DNA of 64,000 nucleotides from Cyanobacteria bacterium P01_D01_bin.156 (GCA_039024555.1 JBCCQQ010000023.1:1-64000), one strand, 5' to 3'. Shown: positions 30,472 through 40,962, counted from the stretch's first letter. A program made the numbers and translations. Notes: generated by a model not told the origin, from the sequence alone.

Positions 30472-31089
30472 ATGGTCAGTCAAGCTTGGGAGTGTCTGAT
30501 TAAACCTATGGGGCCAATAAATTCCTGGGACGGGGCAGCATCAGATACTACCTCATCCGATGCTGAGCTCCTGGCCTCCCTGAAAGCAGGCCGAGTGGAT
30601 GCCCTACGTAGCCTGTATCAGCGCTACGGTCGGTTAGTTTATACCCTGGCTCGGCGCATTCTTCGCAGTGATGAAGAGGCTGAAGAAATCACCCAGGATG
30701 TTTTTCTCACGCTTTGGCACAAGAATAAATATAAGGCCAGTCGAGGTTCCCTAAGCCGTTATCTAGTGGTCTTAGCTCGGTCCCGCGCCATTGATCGGTT
30801 ACGCTCCCAAACGTCTCATCGTCAGCGATTGCACAAGTGGCATTTAATGATGGCCGATGTTTCCCCTACACCCTTAGATATTGCCACCCTGAGTGAGCGC
30901 GGAGAGCTTACCCGTCAAGCTCTCGCAGTACTTTCTGATAAAGAACGTCAGGTGATTGAAATTGCCTACTACGAAGGTCTGAGCCAATCGGAAATTGCTC
31001 AACGCCTGAGTCTTCCGTTGGGTACCGTGAAATCGCGCTCCCGGCAAGCACTGCGTAAGCTGCGCCAAACTCTACAGCCCCATCTTTAG
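30472..31089 (+). CDS. ECF sigma-70 factor (SigK-like)
   Basis: AEEITQDVFLTLW, ARSRAIDRLR and YYEGLSQSEIA..LPLGTVKSR. Confidence 0.92.
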   Translation: MVSQAWECLIKPMGPINSWDGAASDTTSSDAELLASLKAGRVDALRSLYQRYGRLVYTLARRILRSDEEAEEITQDVFLTLWHKNKYKASRGSLSRYLVVLARSRAIDRLRSQTSHRQRLHKWHLMMADVSPTPLDIATLSERGELTRQALAVLSDKERQVIEIAYYEGLSQSEIAQRLSLPLGTVKSRSRQALRKLRQTLQPHL

Positions 31090-31153
31090 AACCCTTTTAC
31101 TAACACGCTCACCTCTTCTCTTCCTCTGCTGATTCTGCCTTTTTCAGATTATT

Positions 31154-31987
31154 ATGCCGTTCGATTCGTCACCCACTACAGACCAACATCCCGACTGGCA
31201 TGACTTACTTGCAGGTTATGCCCTTGGTAACCTTTCTCCAGACGAGCAAGCTACATTACAGAAGCTGTTGGCTCAGCGTCCTGACCTAAAAGCCGAAATG
31301 CTTGCCTATGAAGAAGCTCTGGCCCTGGTACCCTATGCCTTAGAGCCTCAGATACCTCCACCAGAGCTGGAGCTGAGTATTCTGTCCGTGGCGCAAACGA
31401 GCCGTCGTCCTCAGGAGAGACAGCGACGACGTTCTGTCCGTCCTTGGTATCAAGCTGCTATGGCAGCAGCAGCTGTCGTTATTGCTGTTGTGGGTGTGGA
31501 TAACTATCGTTTGCGGCAGCAGCGAGACGTTTTGACAGGCCAGCTCGCTACGGCTGAGACTGAGCGACAAACGTTGGCAAATTCTTTGGTAGAGCTTGAA
31601 AAGCAGCAGCTAGAAACTAATCTTGAACAGGTTGTAGATATCCTGCGACAGCCTGATGCCCTGGTGTATTCTCTTCAGGGAACGGGGGAAGCTCTGACAT
31701 CTTCCGGTAGTTTGCTCACGCTGCCTGACCATTCTGAAGTGCAGCTGGTATCCCATAATTTGCCAGTGTTACCCCAAGGGCAGGTTTATCGCCTCTGGTC
31801 CGTGGCAACCCAAACCTCTAATCCGATGTTTTGCGGTGAATTTAATAATACGGATGTGGGGAATGTGCAGTGGACTATTCCCGATGCCCGCTGCAATGCC
31901 CGGCCCGTTAAGGTCATTATTACCGTGGATGCGGTCATTGACCCGCCAGTGCCAAAAGGGCCTGCTGTGCTCACCGGGGAGATTTAG
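31154..31987 (+). CDS. Anti-sigma factor (RskA-like)
   Basis: LLAGYALGNL N-terminus, single TM, coiled-coil and LPQGQVYRLW RskA motif. Confidence 0.9.
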   Translation: MPFDSSPTTDQHPDWHDLLAGYALGNLSPDEQATLQKLLAQRPDLKAEMLAYEEALALVPYALEPQIPPPELELSILSVAQTSRRPQERQRRRSVRPWYQAAMAAAAVVIAVVGVDNYRLRQQRDVLTGQLATAETERQTLANSLVELEKQQLETNLEQVVDILRQPDALVYSLQGTGEALTSSGSLLTLPDHSEVQLVSHNLPVLPQGQVYRLWSVATQTSNPMFCGEFNNTDVGNVQWTIPDARCNARPVKVIITVDAVIDPPVPKGPAVLTGEI

Positions 31988-31997
31988 ACCATTAGAA

Positions 31998-32013
31998 TGT
32001 ATCTAAAGTTACA
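31998..32013. promoter_or_regulatory. Consensus NtcA box
   Basis: TGTA-TCTAAAGT-TACA (GTA-N8-TAC). Confidence 0.6.
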
Positions 32014-32104
32014 AAAACTTACTTGTGGCTTAGGATCACTTCAGTAAAATCTCAGATCCGAGGATCATCCTTGTAATCAAAATAGTTTGATACCAGGAGG
32101 TCCT

Positions 32105-32269
32105 ATGAATAGCACCCTATTCCAGCTTTCTAGCGGATTCCTGACTGCTGCACTGGCAGTAACAGTAACGTTTCCTGCCGCCGCTCTTGCAGTCCCTTCA
32201 TTGGAAGCCGATGCACTTCAAGTGCAGACCATTATCGAAGAATGGCACTGGCGAGACATGGACCATTAA
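32105..32269 (+). CDS. Small secreted peptide or truncated gene (54 aa)
   Basis: AGGAGG RBS before ATG 32105 and a signal peptide ending AAALA. Confidence 0.5.
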   Translation: MNSTLFQLSSGFLTAALAVTVTFPAAALAVPSLEADALQVQTIIEEWHWRDMDH

Positions 32270-32319
32270 TGGCCAAATGTTATCAGTCCTAGTCAGTATT
32301 TTTGTTATTGGCAATTGCA

Positions 32320-34848
32320 CTAGCTAAGATTCAGTGGGTCAACGTCGATAGTGAGTCGAACGGATTTGGGGAGATGCGATCGCAGATTACCCAAATTCGG
32401 TATGGTCATTCCCGACCGTAGTTTAAGCAGCACATGCCAACGGTAGCGCTGCGCCACCCGCAGAATTGGCGCGGGCGTCGGTCCTAAAATGGAAGGCCCT
32501 GCTAAATCCAACCCGTCTATCGGATCAGATCCTCTAGGGCAAATCTGGTCGAGTATCTGCTGCAGTTGGTCTGCGCAATAATTTGCTGCCTTTTCTGCTT
32601 CCTCAGCCACTGGACTACTGAGGCGCAGTAAAACCAAGCGCCCATAAGGGGGGTAGCCCAGCAACTGCCGATGCTCAATCTCATGCTCAATAAACCGTTG
32701 GTAGCTATGGTCTTTAGCCGCTAACACCACTGGATGTTCAGGGGTATAGGTTTGCAAAATCACTTGGCCTGGCTGCTCCCCACGCCCGGCTCGCCCGGCT
32801 ACTTGGGTCAACGTTTGAAAGGCTCGTTCTCCAGACCAATAGTCCGGCATATGCAATAACCCATCAGCTGCCACCACCCCAACGACTGTAATTTTCGGTA
32901 AGTCAATTCCCTTTGTGAGCATCTGAGTACCCACCAGTACATCGGCCTCCCCGGCGGCAAACCGCTCCAGCAAAGCTCGGTGTGCTCCTTTAGCTCGGGT
33001 GGTATCACTATCAAAGCGTAAACACCGCAGCCCCGGAAACTGGCTCGCTAACTCATGGACAATGCGCTGCGTACCGCTACCAAAATATTTCAGATAGGGA
33101 GATGTACAGCTGGGACATTGATCGGGATGGCGTTGGCTGTAGCCACAGTAGTGACATCGTAAATGGGCAGAACCACCATCTTGGGGTTGATGATAGGCCA
33201 AAGCAACATCACAGTCGGGGCATTCCATAACGTGGCCACAGCTGCGACAAGATACAAATCGACTGTGTCCTCGTCTGTGAATAAACAGTAACCCCTGTTC
33301 TCCGTGAGTCTGCATTTTTTCTATGGCAGTTTGTAGAGCGCGACTAAACACTGAACGGTTACCTGCCTGTAGCTCTAGGCGCATGTCCACTATCTGTACC
33401 GGGGGCAATGGACGCTGATGGACGCGATTGGGTAAAGAGAGGTAACGAGTCGTGAGTTGTGAGTTGTCATTCTTGGGGGGGCTGGCCTTTTGCCTCCCCT
33501 GTGTTGCCACCCAAGTTGCCAGCGAAGGTGTGGCTGAGCCTAAAACCAAGGGACAGTTCACCATCTCAGCTCGCCATCTGGCTACGGTGCGTGCGTGGTA
33601 ACAGGGGGCAGGCTGATCTTGCTTAAAGCTACTGTCATGTTCTTCGTCGAGGACAATTAAACCTAGGTTGGGTAGGGGCGCAAAAATGGCCGAGCGAGTT
33701 CCAATAATGACCTGGGGTTGGCCACTCAGCATGTGTCGCCAAGTGTCATAGCGTTCACCCTCTGATAGCCCACTGTGATACACACAGACTTGGTTGCCAA
33801 ACCTCGCCCGAAATCGATCGGTGAGTTGGGGGGTTAAGCCGATCTCTGGGACTAACACTAAGACGGATTTTCCTGCCTGGAGTCGGGGGCTGATGGCTTG
33901 TAAGTAAACTTCGGTTTTACCCGAGCCGGTGACTCCATGCAGGAGTATCGTGTGGAAACGTTCGAGCCCATGCAGGCTTTTGAGTACCTGATGTTGGTCA
34001 GAGGTGAGTTGCTTGGGCTGATCAGCAATTGCGTGGGAGTGACTACTGACGCGTAGGCGCTCACGTGGCTCAATCACCAGATATCCCTTAGCGGCCAATC
34101 GTTGTAGGGTAGCGCTCGTGGTGCATAGCCTCTGCAGTGCATCGCTGAGCCAAAGGTCGCCACCGCAGCGTTGCAATGTGATCAAAAGTTCTTGTTGCCG
34201 CCGGGTGAGATCTGCCTGCTCGCCCTGGGGGACATCGATAATACTAACGGCCTGTCGATGTTGGGGACGGGGTGGGGTGGGCATGGCTAGATAACTTTCT
34301 ACCCAGCCGAGGTCAATTAATTGTCGTAAACCTGTTGCTGCTTGATGGTGCTGACGCTTTAAATAACGCCAAGTGTAGTTACCTTGAGGAGACTTTTGTA
34401 GGGCCGTGAGTAACGTTTGAGCGACTGTTCCTAAAGCAGTTGATGATTGGGGGGCCGACTTAAGTCGAATTCGACGTTGCGATCGCCCTAATAAACCGGG
34501 GGGTAAAGCTGTTCGAATTACCTGAATTAAAGGTGTTTGATAATAGCTGGCAACCCGTTCCAATAATTTCCAATAATCTTTAGAAAAGAAACCACGACTA
34601 ATCAAACCTTCAACATCGCGTAGTGTGTAATCTAGCTGAGATATCGATGATGTCGGTAACCGTCGGATAGCGATCGCACCTAGCTGCTGACCTTTAAAGG
34701 GGACGCTGATAATATCACCTGGAACCACACTAAAATTTTTAGGAATTCTATAGGTGTAAAGTCCCGATGCACCGGGACAATCTACCAATACCTCTACGGC
34801 CTCAAGTTTATATTTTTCAGGTGTTTCAGCGTGAGTCATATAACTCAA
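32320..34848 (-). CDS. priA: Primosomal protein N'
   Basis: GVTGSGKTEVY, DEEHDSSFKQ, four CxxC motifs and QVAGRAGR. Confidence 0.98.
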   Translation of the reverse strand: MSYMTHAETPEKYKLEAVEVLVDCPGASGLYTYRIPKNFSVVPGDIISVPFKGQQLGAIAIRRLPTSSISQLDYTLRDVEGLISRGFFSKDYWKLLERVASYYQTPLIQVIRTALPPGLLGRSQRRIRLKSAPQSSTALGTVAQTLLTALQKSPQGNYTWRYLKRQHHQAATGLRQLIDLGWVESYLAMPTPPRPQHRQAVSIIDVPQGEQADLTRRQQELLITLQRCGGDLWLSDALQRLCTTSATLQRLAAKGYLVIEPRERLRVSSHSHAIADQPKQLTSDQHQVLKSLHGLERFHTILLHGVTGSGKTEVYLQAISPRLQAGKSVLVLVPEIGLTPQLTDRFRARFGNQVCVYHSGLSEGERYDTWRHMLSGQPQVIIGTRSAIFAPLPNLGLIVLDEEHDSSFKQDQPAPCYHARTVARWRAEMVNCPLVLGSATPSLATWVATQGRQKASPPKNDNSQLTTRYLSLPNRVHQRPLPPVQIVDMRLELQAGNRSVFSRALQTAIEKMQTHGEQGLLFIHRRGHSRFVSCRSCGHVMECPDCDVALAYHQPQDGGSAHLRCHYCGYSQRHPDQCPSCTSPYLKYFGSGTQRIVHELASQFPGLRCLRFDSDTTRAKGAHRALLERFAAGEADVLVGTQMLTKGIDLPKITVVGVVAADGLLHMPDYWSGERAFQTLTQVAGRAGRGEQPGQVILQTYTPEHPVVLAAKDHSYQRFIEHEIEHRQLLGYPPYGRLVLLRLSSPVAEEAEKAANYCADQLQQILDQICPRGSDPIDGLDLAGPSILGPTPAPILRVAQRYRWHVLLKLRSGMTIPNLGNLRSHLPKSVRLTIDVDPLNLS

Positions 34849-35002
34849 ATTAATTGTGAAAATAGACGTCTATAGACATCTGATTGACAGAAAATATATT
34901 TTTTTAACTATTAGCTAGACCTCATAAAAAACGGAGTTTACGCACTGTTTATAAGGTGGCATGTCATGGAAAGTTTACATGATGCAATGAATAGAATTAA
35001 AC

Positions 35003-35150
35003 GTTACAAAAGCTACAAAAACCTTGAGAAATAAGAGTTTTCATCGTTCAAAAAATATCACAGTGGACAGTGCTCCAGAATCAGGTTGGTATAGTGTAAA
35101 CAGGACTGCATCTAGTCCCTTTGAAATCTAGTAAATGTAACTAAAGATAG
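35003..35150 (+). promoter_or_regulatory. Imperfect NtcA-like boxes and extended -10 upstream of the sigE-like gene
   Basis: GTT-N8-TAC (35003-35016), TGGTATAGT (~35087-35095) and GTA-N8-TAG (35137-35150); sigE is NtcA-regulated in model cyanobacteria. Confidence 0.4.
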
Positions 35151-35209
35151 CGACATCCATCGGTTAATTTTTTAAGACTCCTTCAGGCAACGAATTCTCT
35201 TGCGAAACT

Positions 35210-36385
35210 ATGGCCCCTTCTGTTAATTCCTCCGAAACAGTGGTGATTGAACCTTGGGCTGATACTAAGCAGCCTCCCAATCCCCAGAGTAGTAATCGTC
35301 AAGACAGTAAGTTTATCGAAGAATCGAGCGTTCCTCGCTGGGATCGTGCGACCGGCGAAGAGCAAGGTGAGGAATTGGCTGAAGATCCAATTGCTGAAAT
35401 CAGTGCTGAAGTTGCCTCGGCTTATAAGAAAACCCTCGCTGATGATGCAGTGGGAGCCTTCTTCAAAGAAATGGCTCGCTATCCGCTGCTAAAAGCAGAC
35501 GAGGAAATTGAATTGGCACGTCAGGTGAAGTTTCTGGCAGATTTAGAAACTTTGTCTAAGGAGCTGGCTGAGCAGTTGAAGCGCCAGCCCTCACGGTTAG
35601 AGATGGCCGAGTCTTTGGGCTATAGTGAGTCCGACTTTCAGCGTCGCTTACACTATGCTCGTAGTGCCAAGCGCAAGATGATTCGTTCCAACCTGCGCTT
35701 GGTGGTGTCTATTGCAAAGCGCTATCTGAATCGCGGCGTCCCATTTCTAGATCTTATTCAAGAAGGAGCTCTGGGGCTCAATCGGGCGGCTGAAAAATTT
35801 GATCCCGATAAGGGATATAAGTTTTCTACCTATGCTTACTGGTGGATTCGCCAGGGCATCACTCGTACCATTGCGAACGATGCGCGCACCATTCGTTTGC
35901 CGATTCATATTGTTGAAAAGCTGAACAAGTTAAAGAAGACTCAGCGAGAGCTACGTAAGCAGCTTAATCGTGCACCAACTGAGGCAGAGCTGGCTGCGGA
36001 ACTGGATTTGACGCCAGAGCAGTTACGTAATCTACAGCAAGTTAGGCGTAAGTCTCTGTCTTTGAACCACCGTGTAGGCAAGGGCGAAGATACCGAGCTC
36101 ATGGAGCTTTTGGAAGACGGTAATACTCTGTCTCCTGAGTCTCGTATGAATGAGTCGATGATGCGCCAAGAAATCTCTGATGTTCTGACAGAGGTGTTGA
36201 CGGAACGAGAGAAAGACATTATCTCACTCCGCTATGGATTAACGACCGGTGAACCTCATACGTTGGAGGAAGTTGGTGGCATTTTCAACTTATCTCGCGA
36301 ACGAGTGCGGCAGATTCAAACGAAGGCCATGCGTAAGCTGCGTCGTCCCCAGGTTGCTTCAAGGTTGAAGAATTGGCTGAGATAG
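35210..36385 (+). CDS. sigE: Group 2 RNA polymerase sigma factor, SigE-like
   Basis: DAVGAFFKEMARYPLL region 1.2 typical of SigE, NLRLVVSIAKRY and FSTYAYWWIRQ. Confidence 0.8.
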   Translation: MAPSVNSSETVVIEPWADTKQPPNPQSSNRQDSKFIEESSVPRWDRATGEEQGEELAEDPIAEISAEVASAYKKTLADDAVGAFFKEMARYPLLKADEEIELARQVKFLADLETLSKELAEQLKRQPSRLEMAESLGYSESDFQRRLHYARSAKRKMIRSNLRLVVSIAKRYLNRGVPFLDLIQEGALGLNRAAEKFDPDKGYKFSTYAYWWIRQGITRTIANDARTIRLPIHIVEKLNKLKKTQRELRKQLNRAPTEAELAAELDLTPEQLRNLQQVRRKSLSLNHRVGKGEDTELMELLEDGNTLSPESRMNESMMRQEISDVLTEVLTEREKDIISLRYGLTTGEPHTLEEVGGIFNLSRERVRQIQTKAMRKLRRPQVASRLKNWLR

Positions 36386-36423
36386 GCTGTTCTCACTTGC
36401 CATAGCTTAGGGTTTAGCTAGTG

Positions 36424-36465
36424 GATGTTCCCCTGATGTCCTTGGGATGTCAGGGGAACATCTTT
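36424..36465 (+). terminator. Terminator hairpin after the sigma gene
   Basis: GATGTTCCCCTGA / TCAGGGGAACATC followed by TTT. Confidence 0.75.
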
Positions 36466-36687
36466 AAAAACAAGAGACGTAGCTGTTGATTTGGAGAATT
36501 CTATATCTTGCTGAGTGTTTTATCTGCTTGTAGCAGCAATGGTGAAAAAAGAGTTTAGTCTATATCCTATATACCCCTCGGTAGAGTGTGTGTCAGGTTG
36601 TCTGATAGGTCTGCTGTAGCGGTGGGGACACTATTTTTTTTATATTTTTCTTATGATGTGTCTAACTATGATGGGTGTCAGGATTCT

Positions 36688-37980
36688 ATGGATTATAGAC
36701 AGGAACGAATCACGACGATTCATGACTTCGGGGGTGACCTTACCCGAATTGAAGAACGCTCCTATGAGCTTATTCAGAACACTCCCACCGCTGTTTTAAT
36801 TCCATCTCTCTATGAGGAGCTTGAGCGCCCAGCCCTGACACGTATTCGTGACAATCTTAAAGACTGCTCTTTTGTAAGTACCGTTATCGTTAGTCTGTAT
36901 GCCGATAACGCTGAGCAATATGCCAAAGCTGTCGCATTTTTTAGTTCGCTGCCTCAAAAAACCTATATCGTTTGGGAAAACGGTCCAAGGGTTATTAGTT
37001 TACTGACGGAGCTGCAAGCTCAGGGACTCGACATTTTAGTCCACAGAGGCAAGGGGCGAGCGGTTTGGCTTGGCTTAGGGCTGGCAACACTCCATGCAGG
37101 CGCGATCGCACTCCACGATGCCGATATCATCACCTACGATCGGTCCTATCCCCTGAAGCTGCTCTATCCTATCTTGGAGCCTGAGTTTGGGATTGCTTTT
37201 ACCAAGGCCTACTATGCCCGTATCAGTAGCGAGCCGTGTAAACTGAACGGTCGTGTCACACGACTATTTGTGGCTCCCCTATTACGTTCTCTGGTCGATG
37301 TTTTTGGCCAGCGCGAGTATTTATCCTATCTTTTAGCCTATCGCTATCCCCTCTCGGGTGAGTTTGCCCTTACGAGTGATTTAGCCCTTACTACGCGTAT
37401 TCCAGCGAACTGGGGGTTAGAAGTCGGGTTGCTGGCAGAAGTTTATCGCAATGTTGCGCTCAAGCGGATTGCCCAGGTTGACTTAGGTATGTTCGACCAC
37501 AAACATCAAGATGTGGGGCAGTCCACAGATCAGGGACTGCAAAAGATGTGTCGGGATATTTTTCAGTCTCTGCTAGGCACACTGACGGAAACTGAGCAGG
37601 TGGTGATTGGCTCAGATCAGTTGAGGTCGCTGCGCATTAAGTTCCGTCGTGAAGCCCAAGATTTAGCCCGACAGTACTTTGTGGACGCACGTTTCAACGA
37701 TTTGCAATATGACCGCCATAAAGAAGAAAATACTCTAGAGCGTTTTGAGCAAGTCATTGTCAACGCAGGTGAACGCTATCTGGAAGACCCCACCGGTACA
37801 GAAATTCCTGATTGGACTCGTGCGCTAGCTGTGATGCCCGATCTGCGAGAGCGTTTGGGTGAAGCGGTGATCACTGATACGACTGAAGCATTGCAAGCGG
37901 AATGGTTAGAACCTGCCATGCTTACTATCAATAGTGGCCAGTCGAATCACCCTGAAGCCGATGAGCTGGTTCTCACCTAG
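36688..37980 (+). CDS. gpgS: Glucosyl-3-phosphoglycerate synthase (glucosylglycerate synthesis)
   Basis: MDYRQERITTIHD start, GKGRAVW, HDADI, GRVTRLFV, YPLSGEF, WGLEVGLL and DHKHQ. Confidence 0.85.
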   Translation: MDYRQERITTIHDFGGDLTRIEERSYELIQNTPTAVLIPSLYEELERPALTRIRDNLKDCSFVSTVIVSLYADNAEQYAKAVAFFSSLPQKTYIVWENGPRVISLLTELQAQGLDILVHRGKGRAVWLGLGLATLHAGAIALHDADIITYDRSYPLKLLYPILEPEFGIAFTKAYYARISSEPCKLNGRVTRLFVAPLLRSLVDVFGQREYLSYLLAYRYPLSGEFALTSDLALTTRIPANWGLEVGLLAEVYRNVALKRIAQVDLGMFDHKHQDVGQSTDQGLQKMCRDIFQSLLGTLTETEQVVIGSDQLRSLRIKFRREAQDLARQYFVDARFNDLQYDRHKEENTLERFEQVIVNAGERYLEDPTGTEIPDWTRALAVMPDLRERLGEAVITDTTEALQAEWLEPAMLTINSGQSNHPEADELVLT

Positions 37981-37995
37981 CTGCTTTCTGCCCCA

Positions 37996-38039
37996 TGCAC
38001 TACTATCCTGTAATACCTGAGCTATTAGATAGTAGTGCA
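37996..38039. terminator. Hairpin between convergent genes
   Basis: TGCACTACTATC / GATAGTAGTGCA. Confidence 0.6.
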
Positions 38040-38117
38040 GGTTTGTAACATCAAACTATGCGGATCTTCAGTAGTATATCTTCTATAAAGAACAGTCAGT
38101 TTTGTTGTTTATCTAGG

Positions 38118-38870
38118 CTACAGAGCAACGCGATTGCTGGAACTGCGGAACGTCACATTCACTCCCTCACTGGTTTGTTCTAGCACCAATAGGGGGGTGG
38201 GTTTAGCCTTTTGATCCCAGTGCATTGTTGCTAGGCGGCCTAACAATGTTGGCTGCCAGAATTTTTCGTCCCGCTCAGGGCTGAGGAAGTTTTCAATGCA
38301 TTCGATAATCTCTTGAACCGTGGCGGAGGTAGCTTGGGTAGGGAGTTTGACTAGCTTAATCTGTACTCGAAACAGGATACGCTTCTTCTTCTCGTTGTCT
38401 TGAATGGTTTGATACTGTACGTCAAAAATCTGATCGACGGCCCTGGGTTTAGAGGATGCAATGCCGACTACACCCTGTTGTGCTTGTTGAGGCCGGAGGG
38501 CTAGGGTGATTCGCTGTTTAACTTTGACTTTTAGCTGGTTGACAACTGAAAAATTAAATTGCTTCTCTTCCATGCGCATTCTGAGATAATCCAGATTAAA
38601 GTCGCGAGAATGTACCAAATCTGGATTCTTTTCCATCTTGCTGATGGTGCTCAGCGCAAGCTTTACACGCTTTTGTAGCTCCTTGTTTTTGTAGGTTTCA
38701 AACCTGAGCTTTTTGCGTAATCGAGCAAACTGTAGTTGTGAAACTATGCCCAAAATGATCAGCAGCGCAGTTAAACCAACTGACGTATACAGCCACGGAT
38801 TTTTGGGTTCGGTGACAGGATTGGGAGCCTGAGCGACCACCGGATGAAGCCCATTGATAGGGTAAGACAT
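38118..38870 (-). CDS. Hypothetical membrane-anchored protein
   Basis: 250-aa ORF with an N-terminal TM helix and coiled-coil; function not recognised. Confidence 0.7.
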   Translation of the reverse strand: MSYPINGLHPVVAQAPNPVTEPKNPWLYTSVGLTALLIILGIVSQLQFARLRKKLRFETYKNKELQKRVKLALSTISKMEKNPDLVHSRDFNLDYLRMRMEEKQFNFSVVNQLKVKVKQRITLALRPQQAQQGVVGIASSKPRAVDQIFDVQYQTIQDNEKKKRILFRVQIKLVKLPTQATSATVQEIIECIENFLSPERDEKFWQPTLLGRLATMHWDQKAKPTPLLVLEQTSEGVNVTFRSSSNRVAL

Positions 38871-38990
38871 AGCTAAACGAGAGTGCTATTCGATTACATT
38901 AAGCATTCCCTAGAGAATGGTTTCCGGACTAAGGGGATATATCTAAACTCTAGTAAAGTCTATGTGAAATTTCGATGAGCTTCAGTGCGA

Positions 38991-40652
38991 TTAGTGACGC
39001 CACCGTGCGCGATATCCCCGACCATCTAAATGGCTTAGACGAGAGAAGCTGCGATAACGCCCCAATCCTCCTGGCCACCATGGATCTAGAGCCCAGTAAA
39101 GTTGATCGCCAGAGAGTCCATCAACATAAAAATCAATGGCATCTCCGACAATGTGACGACTATTGGAAGCTCCACCGACCTGTCGGTTGATGTCCGCAGG
39201 TCGGTACCAGCTGGTAATGTGAAACGGACGCCCGATGCGATCGCGGGCCTGTTGGGCAAGCTTGGCAATGCGGATCATGCCATCTACTGTGGCCTGATTG
39301 GGCGGCATGCGCGTACCCCCCCGAGTTGCTTCGGCCCAGGTAAAATTGCCATTGGGAATAATCGATGCCTCCAACTGCAGATTGTAAGGAGTCCAGCGCG
39401 CTGGACGAGTGGGCAGCGGAGCCGGTTGAGGAATCGGTGGAGCTTCGGCAGAGTCCCGGTTAGCGCGGGTCATAAGACGTACATCGTCAAATAGGGACTG
39501 GATAGCATCCACACGGCGATCCAATCTGCGCCAGATTTGCACTGAGCGAATTAATGCTTCCCGCTGCTCCTCTGTTTCTTTATAGGTTTGAGGGATACTC
39601 CCCATAAAGGTCAACAGCTCACTATCTACCTGTTTAGCGGCTCTGGCAAGGGCTTCAGAATTGTTTCTGTTAGCGGATAGAAACTGTGGTGTCACACCAA
39701 AACTTGTGAGGACGGTAGAGCGCGAGTCCAGGCCCTTCCACATACGGTAGGTTTCAGTCAGGGCAAAACGAGAGTACCCATCTCCTTTGTAGGCGCCAGG
39801 AACACGCTGGACAAAGGCAATCAAGGCCGGGTCCACAATTTCTAAGTTGGTTTCACCCGCCCGTGGGTCGCTATTGCGCAGCCATTCAATGGCTTCTTCT
39901 CGGGAATCTAGCTGTCTCCATAATTGAGTTAACCGCAGTAAGGCTTCTCGCTGATGGGGATAGCCCGAATAAAACCGAGAGACCTGGCGAATAAAGTCGG
40001 CTAGTCCCTTATCCAGCGCGGCTTCATCGGCAGCACCATTGGCTATGGGGATTTTCATGGCCTCCATGGTGCTACTGTGAGAATCGAGTTTGCGCCAAAT
40101 GCGGGCGGATTCCAGCAAGGCTTCCCGCTGAAAATCAAGCCGACCGTAGTTGGGGGCAATGCGATCCGCTAAGGCTAGTAGCTCGTCGTCTAACTCCGAG
40201 AGATTGTGGGGGAGTTGCTGGGCACCGTAGTCGTAACTAATATCGTCGATATAGGCTGCCAGTAGCGCTTCTGCATTACAGCTTTCCAGTTGAGCAGAGT
40301 TCTCTTCTGAGGCTACAGGGTTGTAGCCCTCTGCAATGCGTTCAATAAAGCGATCGCTATAGCGTCCTTTGGCAACATCCCACAAGTCTGGTCCTTTCCA
40401 GCCCTGATTGCTGAGCGTACTCGTGAGTCCTCTGATGGTGTTGGCCGCGTACTGCGCCTGTTCTGGAAAGGTATTTACCTGGTCGATAGGGATTTTGTTG
40501 GCAGGTGCAATGCCCAGACCCGTTTCCCCATCCATGAGTTGTGGCGCTTGGTGAACGGTATACAGCCCAGCCAAAATGGGCTTATGAATACCGGCTCGCT
40601 CGGCTTCTAAGAGATAGTAGTAGTTGCGCTGATCGGGTTCAAGTGATGCCAT
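38991..40652 (-). CDS. Peptidase M15A (D-Ala-D-Ala carboxypeptidase-type) domain protein with internal repeats
   Basis: C-terminal ITSWYR...NRQVGGASNSRH...AIDF...HLDGR. Confidence 0.85.
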   Translation of the reverse strand: MASLEPDQRNYYYLLEAERAGIHKPILAGLYTVHQAPQLMDGETGLGIAPANKIPIDQVNTFPEQAQYAANTIRGLTSTLSNQGWKGPDLWDVAKGRYSDRFIERIAEGYNPVASEENSAQLESCNAEALLAAYIDDISYDYGAQQLPHNLSELDDELLALADRIAPNYGRLDFQREALLESARIWRKLDSHSSTMEAMKIPIANGAADEAALDKGLADFIRQVSRFYSGYPHQREALLRLTQLWRQLDSREEAIEWLRNSDPRAGETNLEIVDPALIAFVQRVPGAYKGDGYSRFALTETYRMWKGLDSRSTVLTSFGVTPQFLSANRNNSEALARAAKQVDSELLTFMGSIPQTYKETEEQREALIRSVQIWRRLDRRVDAIQSLFDDVRLMTRANRDSAEAPPIPQPAPLPTRPARWTPYNLQLEASIIPNGNFTWAEATRGGTRMPPNQATVDGMIRIAKLAQQARDRIGRPFHITSWYRPADINRQVGGASNSRHIVGDAIDFYVDGLSGDQLYWALDPWWPGGLGRYRSFSRLSHLDGRGYRARWRH

Positions 40653-40962
40653 AGCTGGTTGGACTATAACGGTTTATCTGGATGGAGCGCGCATCAAGGA
40701 TTGGGTAACGTTTAAAAATTGGAATAACTTGTGTGTGGCTGCCGCTGCTTTTGAGCATTCATGAAGCAGCTTATTTAATCCTCGATAGGCGTTAATACGA
40801 TAAATCATTTATCAGCATCGTCAATAGCTGATTGCCAACCGATGTCAGTGTGTAACTCAGGAAAGCCCTCTTGCATCAAGATCTATGGCTACTCGGACGT
40901 CGTTACCATTGGTTGAGCATCAGTAAACAGTGAGCAGCTGTTTTAGATGACACCCCTGTAGG

